A stretch of DNA of 64,000 nucleotides from Acholeplasmataceae bacterium (GTDB taxonomy: Bacteria; Bacillota_I; Bacilli_A; Acholeplasmatales; Acholeplasmataceae), in NCBI GenBank assembly GCA_963667565.1, contig OY763415.1, positions 1,024,001 to 1,088,000 of the forward strand. The letters run 5' to 3'. The translations under genes and the position numbers were made by a program. A model generated the notes under the pieces. That model ran no database searches and had not been told where the DNA came from. It worked only from the letters and a program-made list of their open reading frames with translations. Below, piece after piece: positions 50,554 through 60,514 of the stretch (the stretch's first letter is position 1; each line of letters starts with the position of its first letter).

Positions 50554-51675
50554 TTAAGCAGCAGTATATTTTTTAACGAGTACTTGAGCACCATTTTCAA
50601 CTTTAATAATGGATACTGCTTTATCTTGTGCATCACCATTATCATCAAAAGTGATTGAACCAGTGACACCATCTTCATAAGTAATTGCATTAAGTGCAGC
50701 AATCACATCAGCATATTCTACAGATTGTGCATCATCAATTGCAGCAACCATCACTTTAACAGCATCATATGCTAGTGCAGCTAATGCATTAGGTGCTTCA
50801 CCATATGCATCAGTGTATGCTGTAACAAAGTTTTGTACAAGTGGATCTGTATCTGATTTAGCATAATGATTTCCAAAATACATACCTTCTGCAGCTGTTG
50901 CATAAGTTGATTCAATACTATCCCAACCATCTCCACCTAAAAATGGAATATCTAATCCCTGAGATTTAGCTTCTGTTAAGATTGGTCCAACTGTATCTGT
51001 ATATGTTGGAACAAAAACCGCATCATATCCACCATTTTTAATTGATGTGATATATGTACTAAAATCAACAGTTCCACTAGTGAAACCCATAGCATCAACT
51101 GTTAAATTAGCACTAACATATTCAGCAACGAAAGCATCTTTTAAACCGACTGAATAATCATCACCAGTATCAAATAATACAGCTGCTTTGACTGATGATA
51201 AGTCATTGATAGCAAATTGTGCCATAACTGCACCTTGATAACTATCTAAATAACAAGCTCTAAATACATTACTTGCTTCTTCAGTAATTGAGACTGCAGT
51301 CCCTGTAGGTGTTAATACTGGAATACCTTCTTCTACCGCGTAAGGTTTAAAAGCATTTGTTAAACCAGAAAATGTTCCACCAATGATTGCAACTACACCT
51401 TTTTGATCAACAGCATAGTTATAATTGTTGATAGCCATATCTGAATCTGCTTGATTATCTAAAACAACTAATTCTAATTCTTTACCTAGAACACCTCCAG
51501 CATCATTAATTTCTGATGCAGCGAGTTCTGCGCCGTTTTTTACAGCTTCTCCATATACAGAATATGGTCCAGTGATTGGGCCAAATACTGCAAATTTGAT
51601 TGTGTCACTGTTTCCACAAGCGACAAGACCTAAACTTAAAATAAAGGCCGATATTGCGATTAAAATTTTCTTCAT
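50554..51675 (-). CDS. livK: Branched-chain amino acid-binding lipoprotein
   Basis: Lipobox LVAC; PITG..YG, INDAGGVLGK, FRACYLD..QG, GGDGW, ALAYDA. Confidence 0.88.
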   Translation of the reverse strand: MKKILIAISAFILSLGLVACGNSDTIKFAVFGPITGPYSVYGEAVKNGAELAASEINDAGGVLGKELELVVLDNQADSDMAINNYNYAVDQKGVVAIIGGTFSGLTNAFKPYAVEEGIPVLTPTGTAVSITEEASNVFRACYLDSYQGAVMAQFAINDLSSVKAAVLFDTGDDYSVGLKDAFVAEYVSANLTVDAMGFTSGTVDFSTYITSIKNGGYDAVFVPTYTDTVGPILTEAKSQGLDIPFLGGDGWDSIESTYATAAEGMYFGNHYAKSDTDPLVQNFVTAYTDAYGEAPNALAALAYDAVKVMVAAIDDAQSVEYADVIAALNAITYEDGVTGSITFDDNGDAQDKAVSIIKVENGAQVLVKKYTAA

Positions 51676-51819
51676 TGTCTAACCTCTCTTTATTTTATTG
51701 TTGTTATGATATAATACTTTTTACTATCAAGTCAACAACTTTTATGAAATTTTCATGAAAAAACTATCATGAAAATGTTTTCATCGTCGTATTAAGCCGT
51801 TATCTCGCACATATTTATG

Positions 51820-51853
51820 AAAAAAAAGCAAATATGCATATACATATTTGCTT
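51820..51853 (-). terminator. Terminator of the dap/lys operon
   Basis: AAGCAAATATG / CATATTTGCTT stem with a T tail. Confidence 0.75.
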
Positions 51854-51868
51854 ACTTTTTTTTATAAT

Positions 51869-52996
51869 TTAATTTATTATTTTCAATGCTTTAGCCATTC
51901 TTATATAGTAATTGACCCCTACTTCTAGAATACTTTCACTAAAATTAAATTTATTATTATGTAGTGGATAGATGAAATCTTTTTCTATATTTTTTGATCC
52001 AACAAATGCAAACATTCCAGGAACTTTTTTCAAATAGAATGCGAAATCTTCAGCAACCATAAGTGGCTCAACAATTTCATATTCACTAGGATTATATGCG
52101 CTTAATGCTAAATCAAATAATTCACTATGATTAATTACAGCTGGATAATAATCTCTGATTTCACATTCAATTTTAACATTAAACATGATTTCTAATCCTT
52201 GATTGATTTCATAAATTCTTTTCTTTATAAGTCCATATACATCTTGGTGATATACTCTAATCGTTCCTGATAAACTCACTTCTCCAGCAATGATATTTCT
52301 CGCCTCACCACCTGATAGAGTCCCTATCGTAATGACACTAGGTCTTAAAGGATTGATATCTCTTGAAACGATACTTTGATATGCTTGAACTAAAAAACTT
52401 TGTGCAATAATAGCATCATGTCCTAAATGAGGTTGTGCTCCATGTGCTGATTTTGCATGAATCTTAATATCGAATTCACCATTTTGAGCAGTCATAGGGC
52501 CATTTGCAAATCCCATTTTACCCTCATCAACACCAGGAAACAAATGAAGGCCTAAAATCTTTTTGATATTATACTTCTCAAATATACCTTCATCGATGAT
52601 AACTTTAGCACCACCAGGACCTTCTTCCGCTGGTTGGAAAATGAATACAATCGTTTGATTAATGTCTTTAAGCTCTGATATATATTTAGCAAAACCTAAG
52701 AGCATTGTCATATGACCATCATGGCCACAAGCATGCATCTTACCTTCATGTTTAGATTTAAATGGAATGTCACACTTTTCAGTGACAGGAAGTGCATCCA
52801 TATCGGAACGAAATGCTACCGCTTCATCGCTTTTCCCTTTTTTTATGGCTATCAATCCTGTTTTCGCAACTGTAATTGGTTCATATCCAAATGATTCTAA
52901 TTCTTTTTTTACGTATGCATGAGTTAAAAATAAATCAAATTCTAATTCAGGGATTTGATGTAAATCTCTTCGATATTTGATTAATGTGTCTAGCAT
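51869..52996 (-). CDS. dapL: M20 amidohydrolase, probable N-acetyl-diaminopimelate deacetylase
   Basis: RRDLHQIPEL, RSDMDALP, MHACGHD, FQPAEEGPGG; directly follows dapH. Confidence 0.75.
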   Translation of the reverse strand: MLDTLIKYRRDLHQIPELEFDLFLTHAYVKKELESFGYEPITVAKTGLIAIKKGKSDEAVAFRSDMDALPVTEKCDIPFKSKHEGKMHACGHDGHMTMLLGFAKYISELKDINQTIVFIFQPAEEGPGGAKVIIDEGIFEKYNIKKILGLHLFPGVDEGKMGFANGPMTAQNGEFDIKIHAKSAHGAQPHLGHDAIIAQSFLVQAYQSIVSRDINPLRPSVITIGTLSGGEARNIIAGEVSLSGTIRVYHQDVYGLIKKRIYEINQGLEIMFNVKIECEIRDYYPAVINHSELFDLALSAYNPSEYEIVEPLMVAEDFAFYLKKVPGMFAFVGSKNIEKDFIYPLHNNKFNFSESILEVGVNYYIRMAKALKIIN

Positions 52997-53033
52997 AATT
53001 TCACCTACTTATGTATGAATTATAACACAGATA

Positions 53034-53741
53034 TTACTTTCTTAAATCTTCTAATATTTGTGTTTTCTCAATTGTTTTTTCATCTTTTTGTTTAATAATG
53101 CGTGCAGGTGAACCTGCAACCACTGTAAATGGAGGTACATCTTCTGTGACAATTGCACCAGCCGCAACCACTGCACCTTGTCCAACTCTTACACCTTCTA
53201 ATACAACTGCATTAGCACCTACTAATACGTCATCTTCTATAATCACTGGTTGTTTTGAAGGTGGTTCTAACACACCTGCTAAGACAGCACCTGCACCAAT
53301 ATGACAATTCTTACCAACAGTTGCTCTTGCACCTAATACCGCATTCATGTCAATCATCGTTTTTTCACCGATGACTGCACCGATATTAATGACAGCACCC
53401 ATCATTATGACAGCTTGTTTACCGATAGTAACATGTGTTCTTATGATAGAACCTGGTTCTATTCTTGCTTCTAATTCTTTTGTCTCTAATAACGGTAGTG
53501 CTGAATTTCTTCGATCATATTCTAAATGTGATGATGTAATCACATCACTATATGTTTTTAAAATTTGTTCTAAAATTGATACTTCACCAAATAAAATTTT
53601 AAAATTATGATCACCAAAAACACTCACATCTTTAAAAACAACTTGTTCAAAATTTCCTTGTAAATATAATTTACCAGGTGTTTTTTTGACAGCGTCTTTG
53701 ATATATTTCGCAATTGCATATGCATCTTGTAATTGTTCCAT
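53034..53741 (-). CDS. dapH: Tetrahydrodipicolinate N-acetyltransferase
   Basis: [14 protein letters not shown], hexapeptide repeats, AGVLEPPS. Confidence 0.92.
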   Translation of the reverse strand: MEQLQDAYAIAKYIKDAVKKTPGKLYLQGNFEQVVFKDVSVFGDHNFKILFGEVSILEQILKTYSDVITSSHLEYDRRNSALPLLETKELEARIEPGSIIRTHVTIGKQAVIMMGAVINIGAVIGEKTMIDMNAVLGARATVGKNCHIGAGAVLAGVLEPPSKQPVIIEDDVLVGANAVVLEGVRVGQGAVVAAGAIVTEDVPPFTVVAGSPARIIKQKDEKTIEKTQILEDLRK

Positions 53742-53750
53742 TTATTTCTC

Positions 53751-54449
53751 CTATACTAAATCTTTCATATGAAATAATCCAGATTTTTTATCTTTTATAT
53801 ATTTAGCTGCACGCAGTGCACCTTGTGTAAATATTTGTTTTGATAATGCCTCATGTTTAATCGTTATCATTTCATCTTTAGATGCCAATAATACTTCATG
53901 TTCACCAACAATTGTACCTGCTCTTAAAGCATGCATACCAATTTCATTTGTTTTTCTTTTTTCTTGATAATTAAAATTGGAAATAGCATCTTTACGATGC
54001 CCTTTAATCTCATCAAATATGAGTAAAGCCGTTCCACTTGGTGCATCTTCTTTGAAATGATGATGCTTTTCAGTAATTTCAATATCATAATCATCAATCA
54101 TTGGTAATACACTGTTTAATGCTTTTAGCAATACTTGAATACCATATGAATAATTGTAACTTTGAAATATTGCAACTTCCCTAGATTTTAAATTGATATA
54201 GTCAAAATCTTCTTCTTTAAGTCCGGTTGTTGCTAATACAACAGGTTTTTTATTATTAACAGATAAATCAATCACTTTTTTGATTTGTGATACATGTGAA
54301 AAATCAATAAGTACATCATAATCTATTTGATTGTCATAAGCATCAATAAGATCAAATCCTCCAGCATATTCAAACGATTGAGATTGTTCTATATCATTTT
54401 TTAAAAGCTGTCCCATTTTGCCTGAGATGCCACTAATTAATATTTTCAT
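53751..54449 (-). CDS. dapB: 4-hydroxy-tetrahydrodipicolinate reductase
   Basis: GISGKMG, EKHHHFKEDAPSGTA, RAGTIVGEH. Confidence 0.94.
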   Translation of the reverse strand: MKILISGISGKMGQLLKNDIEQSQSFEYAGGFDLIDAYDNQIDYDVLIDFSHVSQIKKVIDLSVNNKKPVVLATTGLKEEDFDYINLKSREVAIFQSYNYSYGIQVLLKALNSVLPMIDDYDIEITEKHHHFKEDAPSGTALLIFDEIKGHRKDAISNFNYQEKRKTNEIGMHALRAGTIVGEHEVLLASKDEMITIKHEALSKQIFTQGALRAAKYIKDKKSGLFHMKDLV

Positions 54450-55308
54450 ATTGTGACTCCTTTAATCCAAACTTTTGAAGTGTTTCTATAAGTGTATTTT
54501 CATTTTCCTTTGTAAGTTCTACAAGTGGAAGTCTGACACCACCAACATGAAAGCCTAGAAAACTTAGCGCTTGTTTTACAGGAACAGGATTGCTCTCAAT
54601 AAACAAAACATCATTAATTTCACTTAACTCTTTTCCTTGATAAATTTGATGTGCGATTTCATGGATTTCTTTTGGCAAAATATTCGCTGTAACTGAAATA
54701 ACACCTTTACCACCCATGTTCATAATCTCTTCTGTTTGATCATCATTTCCTGAATATACAGCAAATGAATCATCTGTTTCATCAATGATCTTTTTAATTT
54801 GAACAAGATCATGACTTGCTTCTTTAATGGCAACGATATTTGAAACCTTAGAGAGTTCTACAACTGTGGATACTTCTAAATTAACACCTGTTCTACTAGG
54901 TACGTTATATAAAATGATAGGAAGATCAACAGCATGAGCAATTGCCTTATAATGTGCAATCAATCCTCTTTGTGTCGGTTTATTATAATAAGGTGTAACT
55001 AGTAATAGTCCATCTACATCAATAGATTTAGCATACGCTGATAGTTCTATGCTTTGTTTAGTGTTATTGCTCCCAGTACCTGCTATGATTGGTATTTGAT
55101 GATTTGCTACTTTCATTGAAAAAGCCAGAATTTGCTTTTTCTCTTCTAGTGTCAAAGTTGCAGATTCTGCAGTTGTTCCACAAATGACAAGTGCATCAGT
55201 ACCCATAGCAATATGCCAAAGAATCAATTTTTCAAGCATTTCATAATTGACTTCTAACATTTCGTCAAATGGTGTAATTAGTGCGACACCTGAGCCTTTA
55301 AATAACAT
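54433..55308 (-). CDS. dapA: 4-hydroxy-tetrahydrodipicolinate synthase
   Basis: GTTAES, PYYNKP, LYNVPSRTG, IKEAS, SNPVPVK. Confidence 0.95.
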   Translation of the reverse strand: MLFKGSGVALITPFDEMLEVNYEMLEKLILWHIAMGTDALVICGTTAESATLTLEEKKQILAFSMKVANHQIPIIAGTGSNNTKQSIELSAYAKSIDVDGLLLVTPYYNKPTQRGLIAHYKAIAHAVDLPIILYNVPSRTGVNLEVSTVVELSKVSNIVAIKEASHDLVQIKKIIDETDDSFAVYSGNDDQTEEIMNMGGKGVISVTANILPKEIHEIAHQIYQGKELSEINDVLFIESNPVPVKQALSFLGFHVGGVRLPLVELTKENENTLIETLQKFGLKESQYENIN

Positions 55309-56291
55309 TATCTCAACCCTTTCTTAATCATATATTCAGCAATTTGAATTGTATTTGTTGCTGCACCTTTTCTAATATTATCTGCAACAACCCAAAGATT
55401 CAATCCATATTTCACTGATTTATCTAGTCTAACTCTACCGACATGTACTTCATCCTTGTGTCTTACATCAATTGTTGTTGGATAATCATTATGGTGATAA
55501 ATTAATCCTTCAACTTGATTAAATCCTTCAATAAGTTTTTCCATATCAATAGGTTTATTTGTCTCTACATTGATTGCTACACTATGCCCAAATGACACAG
55601 GAACTCTTACGCATGTAGCTGTGACTAAAACATCTTTTTCAAGAATTTTTTGAGTCTCTTTAACCATCTTAACTTCTTCTTTTGTATACCCATCTTCTAA
55701 AAATACATCTATGTGTGGTAAACAGTTATCAAATATGGGTTTTGGATAAAATGTTGGCTCTTCACCATTGATACCTCTATTTAAATCTTCCATACCTTTA
55801 TATCCAGATCCTGATACCGCTTGATAAGAAGCATATACAATACGTTTAACATCAAAAAGTTCATCAATAACCTTTAAAGGCACTACACTTTGGATAGTAC
55901 TACAATTAGGGTTTGCAATTAAATAATCATTTTCTTTTAAAATATGACCATTAACTTCAGGAACAATAAGTGGTATGTCATCATACATTCTAAATGCACT
56001 AGAATTATCAATGACTGTGATCTTGTTTTTGGCAGCTATAGGTGCAAATTTTAAACTTGCTGCACCTCCCGCTGAGAACAATGCAAAATCAAAATGTTCA
56101 TCAAAGCTATGTTCATCTAAGACTTTGACTATATAGGTTTGTCCTTTAAATTCAATTTTTTTATCTTTTGATCTCTCTGATGCAAAAAATACAATTTTAT
56201 TAATCGGGAAATTTCTTTCTTCTAAAACTTTAATAAATGTTTGTCCAACCAAACCGGTTGCACCTACAATTGCGATATCGTATGTTTTCAT
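55308..56291 (-). CDS. asd: Aspartate-semialdehyde dehydrogenase
   Basis: GATGLVG, DNSSAFR, NPNCST, TCVRVP, DNIRKGAATN; start at ATG 56291. Confidence 0.96.
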   Translation of the reverse strand: MKTYDIAIVGATGLVGQTFIKVLEERNFPINKIVFFASERSKDKKIEFKGQTYIVKVLDEHSFDEHFDFALFSAGGAASLKFAPIAAKNKITVIDNSSAFRMYDDIPLIVPEVNGHILKENDYLIANPNCSTIQSVVPLKVIDELFDVKRIVYASYQAVSGSGYKGMEDLNRGINGEEPTFYPKPIFDNCLPHIDVFLEDGYTKEEVKMVKETQKILEKDVLVTATCVRVPVSFGHSVAINVETNKPIDMEKLIEGFNQVEGLIYHHNDYPTTIDVRHKDEVHVGRVRLDKSVKYGLNLWVVADNIRKGAATNTIQIAEYMIKKGLR

Positions 56292-56292
56292 C

Positions 56293-57096
56293 TTATAACT
56301 CCATTTCAATACTTGCAACGAGTTTTGCAGGACCTTTTAATAAAACTTCTTCATTTTCTACAGTGACAAAAAGTTCTCCACCTGGCACTTTAATGTTTGA
56401 TGCTTTGTCAGTTAAATTAAGTTTGTATGATAAATATTGTGACGCAGAACTTCCTGTCCCACAGGAAAGTGTCCATCCAACACCACGTTCATATGTTTTT
56501 ATTGCTAAGTGATTTCTATCAATAACTTTTACAAAATTGATATTTGATCTTTTTGGAAAAAATGGATGATGACAAAGTGCTTCAGCAATTTTATCATATT
56601 GACTTAAATCATCAACAAAAATTACTGTATGTAAAGTTCCTAATGTGAATACATAAGCGTTTGATACTTTCACATCGTTAACTTGAAGTGTATAAGGTGT
56701 TAAATTTTCTTGCTTTTCATTAATATCAGGATAACTTAAATGTGTCACTGGTTTGCCTAGATTTACTTCAAAAAATTCATCTTTAATATTGACAATCATG
56801 AGACCAGCTAAAGTTTCAACTTTAACCTCATCATGATCAATTAATTTTTGATCTTTTAGAAATTTAACAAAAGCTCTAATCCCATTACCGCACATCGGAG
56901 CAATTGTTCCATCTGCATTATAATAATTCATCTTTACATCATAGGCTGTTGAAGACGAAGGAAACATCAATCCATCAGCACCAATGCCAAAATGTCTATC
57001 ACATGTCTTAATGGCAATTTCATTCGGATTTTTAAACTCAGTTGTACTTAGTATAAAATCATTTCCAGTTGCTTCATATTTATATAATTTAGGCAT
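56293..57096 (-). CDS. dapF: Diaminopimelate epimerase
   Basis: GNDF, GIGADG, MCGNG, ERGVG..SCGTG; start at ATG 57096. Confidence 0.94.
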   Translation of the reverse strand: MPKLYKYEATGNDFILSTTEFKNPNEIAIKTCDRHFGIGADGLMFPSSSTAYDVKMNYYNADGTIAPMCGNGIRAFVKFLKDQKLIDHDEVKVETLAGLMIVNIKDEFFEVNLGKPVTHLSYPDINEKQENLTPYTLQVNDVKVSNAYVFTLGTLHTVIFVDDLSQYDKIAEALCHHPFFPKRSNINFVKVIDRNHLAIKTYERGVGWTLSCGTGSSASQYLSYKLNLTDKASNIKVPGGELFVTVENEEVLLKGPAKLVASIEMEL

Positions 57097-58306
57097 GAGA
57101 CTCACCCAAATCAAATGCGTTTGCAATGGCTAAAATGGCTTTGTCTTTTAATTCCTTTGAGATTGTATATGAAATACTAATTTCTGATGTTGTGACAAGC
57201 TTAAACTCAATTTGATTTTCAGATAAAACCTGAAACAATCTTGCAGCAACCCCTGATTGATGTCTCATGGCTTGTCCAACTACTGATACTTTTACCACTT
57301 GATCATCTAATTCAATGTCGATGGATGGATATGTTTTAGTGAGTTGATCTAAAACTTCGTTAATTTGAGCAAAATCATTTGCACCGGCAGTAAAAGACAC
57401 ATTGATAAATGGAGGTGTCGATGGAGATTGTGTAATCATATCGACATTGACTTCATTTTGTGCTAGACCCATAAATAGATCAGCCACTATATTTAATTCA
57501 TTAGGAACATGACGAAGAGTAACCATCATCACTTTATCAGAGACTGATAATCCTGTAATTGTTTGTCTTTCCAACATTGTTTCCTCCATAATATATGTCC
57601 CTCTTTCTTTCGTTAAAGATGAGGCAACATAAATCTTGACTTGATTTCTATGAGCAATTTCAATAGATCTAGGTTCCATAACTTTTGCTCCTAAAAATGC
57701 CATTTCTTTCATTTCTTCGTAACTGATACTTTCTAACTTTTTAGCATCAGCAAATACTCTTGGATCTGCAGTGTATATACCATCAACATCTGTATAAATT
57801 TCACAATCACATTTTAATTTTGCTGCTATAGCGACTGCTGATGTGTCAGAACCACCACGACCAAGTGTTGTAATATCTCCAAGTTCATTTACACCTTGGA
57901 ATCCTGCTACCACAACAATTTCTTTTTGTTTTAAATGTTTCTCGATGAGCGTCGTATCTATATCATCAATTTTATTATTTAAATGTTCACCAAATGTTTT
58001 AATACCAGCTTGCAATCCTGTTAAAGCAACTGCTTCAATTTCTCTAGCTTTCAGTATCATTGTAAATAATGAAATGGATACTTGTTCACCAGTAGAAATA
58101 AGCATATCTGTTTCTCTTTTTGAAGGATATTTAGTGACTTGCTTCGCTAGATCTAGTAATTGATTGGTCGTCTTTCCCATTGCAGATAGCACTACAACAA
58201 CTTCATACCCTTGTCGTTTTTTCTCTACTACTCGATCTGCAACATTTTGCATATGTAAGATGGATTGAACTGAACTTCCACCAAACTTCATAACGATATT
58301 TTTCAT
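57089..58306 (-). CDS. lysC: Aspartate kinase
   Basis: KFGGSS, TTLGRGGSD, YTDVDG, two ACT domains, TSEISIS. Confidence 0.93.
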   Translation of the reverse strand: MKNIVMKFGGSSVQSILHMQNVADRVVEKKRQGYEVVVVLSAMGKTTNQLLDLAKQVTKYPSKRETDMLISTGEQVSISLFTMILKAREIEAVALTGLQAGIKTFGEHLNNKIDDIDTTLIEKHLKQKEIVVVAGFQGVNELGDITTLGRGGSDTSAVAIAAKLKCDCEIYTDVDGIYTADPRVFADAKKLESISYEEMKEMAFLGAKVMEPRSIEIAHRNQVKIYVASSLTKERGTYIMEETMLERQTITGLSVSDKVMMVTLRHVPNELNIVADLFMGLAQNEVNVDMITQSPSTPPFINVSFTAGANDFAQINEVLDQLTKTYPSIDIELDDQVVKVSVVGQAMRHQSGVAARLFQVLSENQIEFKLVTTSEISISYTISKELKDKAILAIANAFDLGESHA

Positions 58307-58315
58307 GTATTTTAC

Positions 58316-59602
58316 CTATAAATCATTTCTTAATAAGTCATCAAGTGTTTCTCTTTTGACAACAATTCGACTTTCACTTCCATTAACGAAAACAACTGCA
58401 GGTTTTGTTAATCTATTGTAGTTAGATGCCATAGAATAATGGTATGCACCAGTTGTAAAGACAACAAGTAAATCTTTAGGTTCTACCAAAGGTAATTTGA
58501 TATCATGAATAATCATATCCCCTGATTCACAAGCTTTACCTGCAATTGTATATACTTTTTTATCCTCATCAAAAACTTTATTTGCAATGACTGCTTCATA
58601 TTTTGCTTGATATAACGCAGTTCTCATATGATCTGCCATTGAACCATCAATAAATACATAATTTTTTTGACCAAATGTTGTTTTAACTCCACCAACTTCG
58701 TAGATGGTGACACCAGCATCTGCAACTATAGATCTACCAGGTTCTATCATCATTTTTTTAACATCTAAATTAAATTGTTTAATATATTGATAAGCTGTTT
58801 CTATAACTTCATGAAGCATGAGTTCTAATGATGGTACTTGATCATCACTTGTGTATTTAACACCAAATCCGCCACCTAGATTAATTGCTTCTACCTTAAT
58901 ATTTGCCTCGTCTTTAAGTTTTTTAGCAAACATAATCATTTCTATCGTGTGTTGCTTAAAACTTTCAATTTCAAAAATTTGCGAACCGATATGTGCATGA
59001 ATGCCCATAAAAGGAAATGATGAACTATTCATATCTTTAATGAGTTCAATCGTATTTGGATCAAAAGCAGAGACTCCAAATTTTGAATTGTGATGCGTTG
59101 TTTTAATATATTCATGTGTATGTGCTTCAACACCTGTATTAATTCTTAATAATAATTGTGGGTAATCATTTGTTTCAATTGATTTTAGAAGTTCAAATTC
59201 ATCTTGATTATCAACAACAATATGACCTACTTGATGTTTAATTGCATATATCAATTCATCTTTGGTCTTGTTATTTCCATGAAAATAAATGTTTTTTGGG
59301 TTAAAACCTGCTTTAATAGCTGTGTAAAATTCACCAATAGAAACGACATCAAGTGATAAGGAATGTCTTTCAATGAGCTTAACCATTTCTTTAACTAAAA
59401 ATGCTTTTCCTGCATAAATAACTTCAGTCTCAATCGATGGATGAGAAAAACTTTGCTTAATGAGTTCAATTTGATGCTCAATTCTTTGTTCATCCATAGC
59501 GTAAAGTGGTGTTTTATACTTTTTCACAAGATCAGATACTGTAACAGATCCAATCATTAATTCATTATATTCATTTGTGTTAAATTGATGTATTGCTTTC
59601 AT
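58316..59602 (-). CDS. lysA: Diaminopimelate decarboxylase
   Basis: YAGKAF, SKFG, HIGSQ, NLGGG, EPGRS, CESGD, GAY..SMASNYN. Confidence 0.96.
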   Translation of the reverse strand: MKAIHQFNTNEYNELMIGSVTVSDLVKKYKTPLYAMDEQRIEHQIELIKQSFSHPSIETEVIYAGKAFLVKEMVKLIERHSLSLDVVSIGEFYTAIKAGFNPKNIYFHGNNKTKDELIYAIKHQVGHIVVDNQDEFELLKSIETNDYPQLLLRINTGVEAHTHEYIKTTHHNSKFGVSAFDPNTIELIKDMNSSSFPFMGIHAHIGSQIFEIESFKQHTIEMIMFAKKLKDEANIKVEAINLGGGFGVKYTSDDQVPSLELMLHEVIETAYQYIKQFNLDVKKMMIEPGRSIVADAGVTIYEVGGVKTTFGQKNYVFIDGSMADHMRTALYQAKYEAVIANKVFDEDKKVYTIAGKACESGDMIIHDIKLPLVEPKDLLVVFTTGAYHYSMASNYNRLTKPAVVFVNGSESRIVVKRETLDDLLRNDL

Positions 59603-59621
59603 ATTATTTCATCTCCATTTG

Positions 59622-59656
59622 AAAAAAATAAAAACCATGGCAAAAGGCATGGTTTT
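59622..59656 (-). terminator. Riboswitch attenuator terminator upstream of lysA
   Basis: Minus strand AAAACCATG-CCTTTTGC-CATGGTTTTTATTTTTTT. Confidence 0.8.
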
Positions 59657-59682
59657 AACTCAAACGCTCTTTGCCCCTCCGT

Positions 59683-59820
59683 AAATAAGCGCAATCCCTC
59701 ACCATTGGGCAATGATGGGAAACAGTCATATGTCTATTAAACATATGCCCAGTATTTTTAATACTTCGGCACACATTCCTTTCCTGTTAAGTACTATTAA
59801 TGTATGCAGCCTCTTAATTT
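59683..59820 (-). ncRNA. Lysine riboswitch (L-box), compact variant
   Basis: Ordered landmarks AGAGG..GC, AGUA/GAAAGG loop-E, GCCGAA, UGGG, P4 with AAUA loop, ACUG, GCGCU; located in the leader of the lys/dap operon. Confidence 0.88.
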
Positions 59821-59853
59821 ACAGTGATTTAATTTCAAGTTATTTTAACATAG

Positions 59854-60504
59854 TTAAGTATGATTGTCTACACTAATATGTTTTAAAATATAATTTTCTA
59901 AACTTTTAGGTGTTTCACATAAGACATTGGGATTTTCACTTTTTAGCATGTCTAACTCATCAAATCCCCAAGTGACACTCGCAACATTCATATTGATACG
60001 CTGACAAGAATGTATATCCCTTACTTCATCACCTACATAAATGACTTCATCATTTTTAAGTTGATACTTATCTAATAATTTTTTAAGAACTTTCTCTTTT
60101 TTAAGATATTTAGCTCTTCCATAAATCTCTTCAAATAAATCAATCTCATATTGCTTTATAAATATCTTAATATTTTTCTCGCTATTTGATGAGACAATAA
60201 ATAGTTTGATAGCTTTTTGATGTAATTCTTTTATCAGTGAAATCATACCATCAAACGGCTCAACCTGATTCATCACTGTATGGATTGCTCGTCTTGCTCT
60301 TCTAGCAATTCTAGGCAACTTGAACATTGATAAATCATGTGCTCTAAGTTTGTCAACTAAAGATAGGGTCTTTAAATGATCAAACTCTTCTTCACTTAAC
60401 TGTTTAATATGATATTGATTCGTTAGATTTTGATAAACTTGATAAGCGAATGCTTTAGTATTTGCTATAGTCCCATCAAAATCAAAGATGATTGCTTTTG
60501 TCAT
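59854..60504 (-). CDS. HAD-family hydrolase
   Basis: IFDFDGT, VSSN, YVGDEVRD. Confidence 0.88.
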   Translation of the reverse strand: MTKAIIFDFDGTIANTKAFAYQVYQNLTNQYHIKQLSEEEFDHLKTLSLVDKLRAHDLSMFKLPRIARRARRAIHTVMNQVEPFDGMISLIKELHQKAIKLFIVSSNSEKNIKIFIKQYEIDLFEEIYGRAKYLKKEKVLKKLLDKYQLKNDEVIYVGDEVRDIHSCQRINMNVASVTWGFDELDMLKSENPNVLCETPKSLENYILKHISVDNHT

Positions 60505-60514
60505 GATAATTCCT

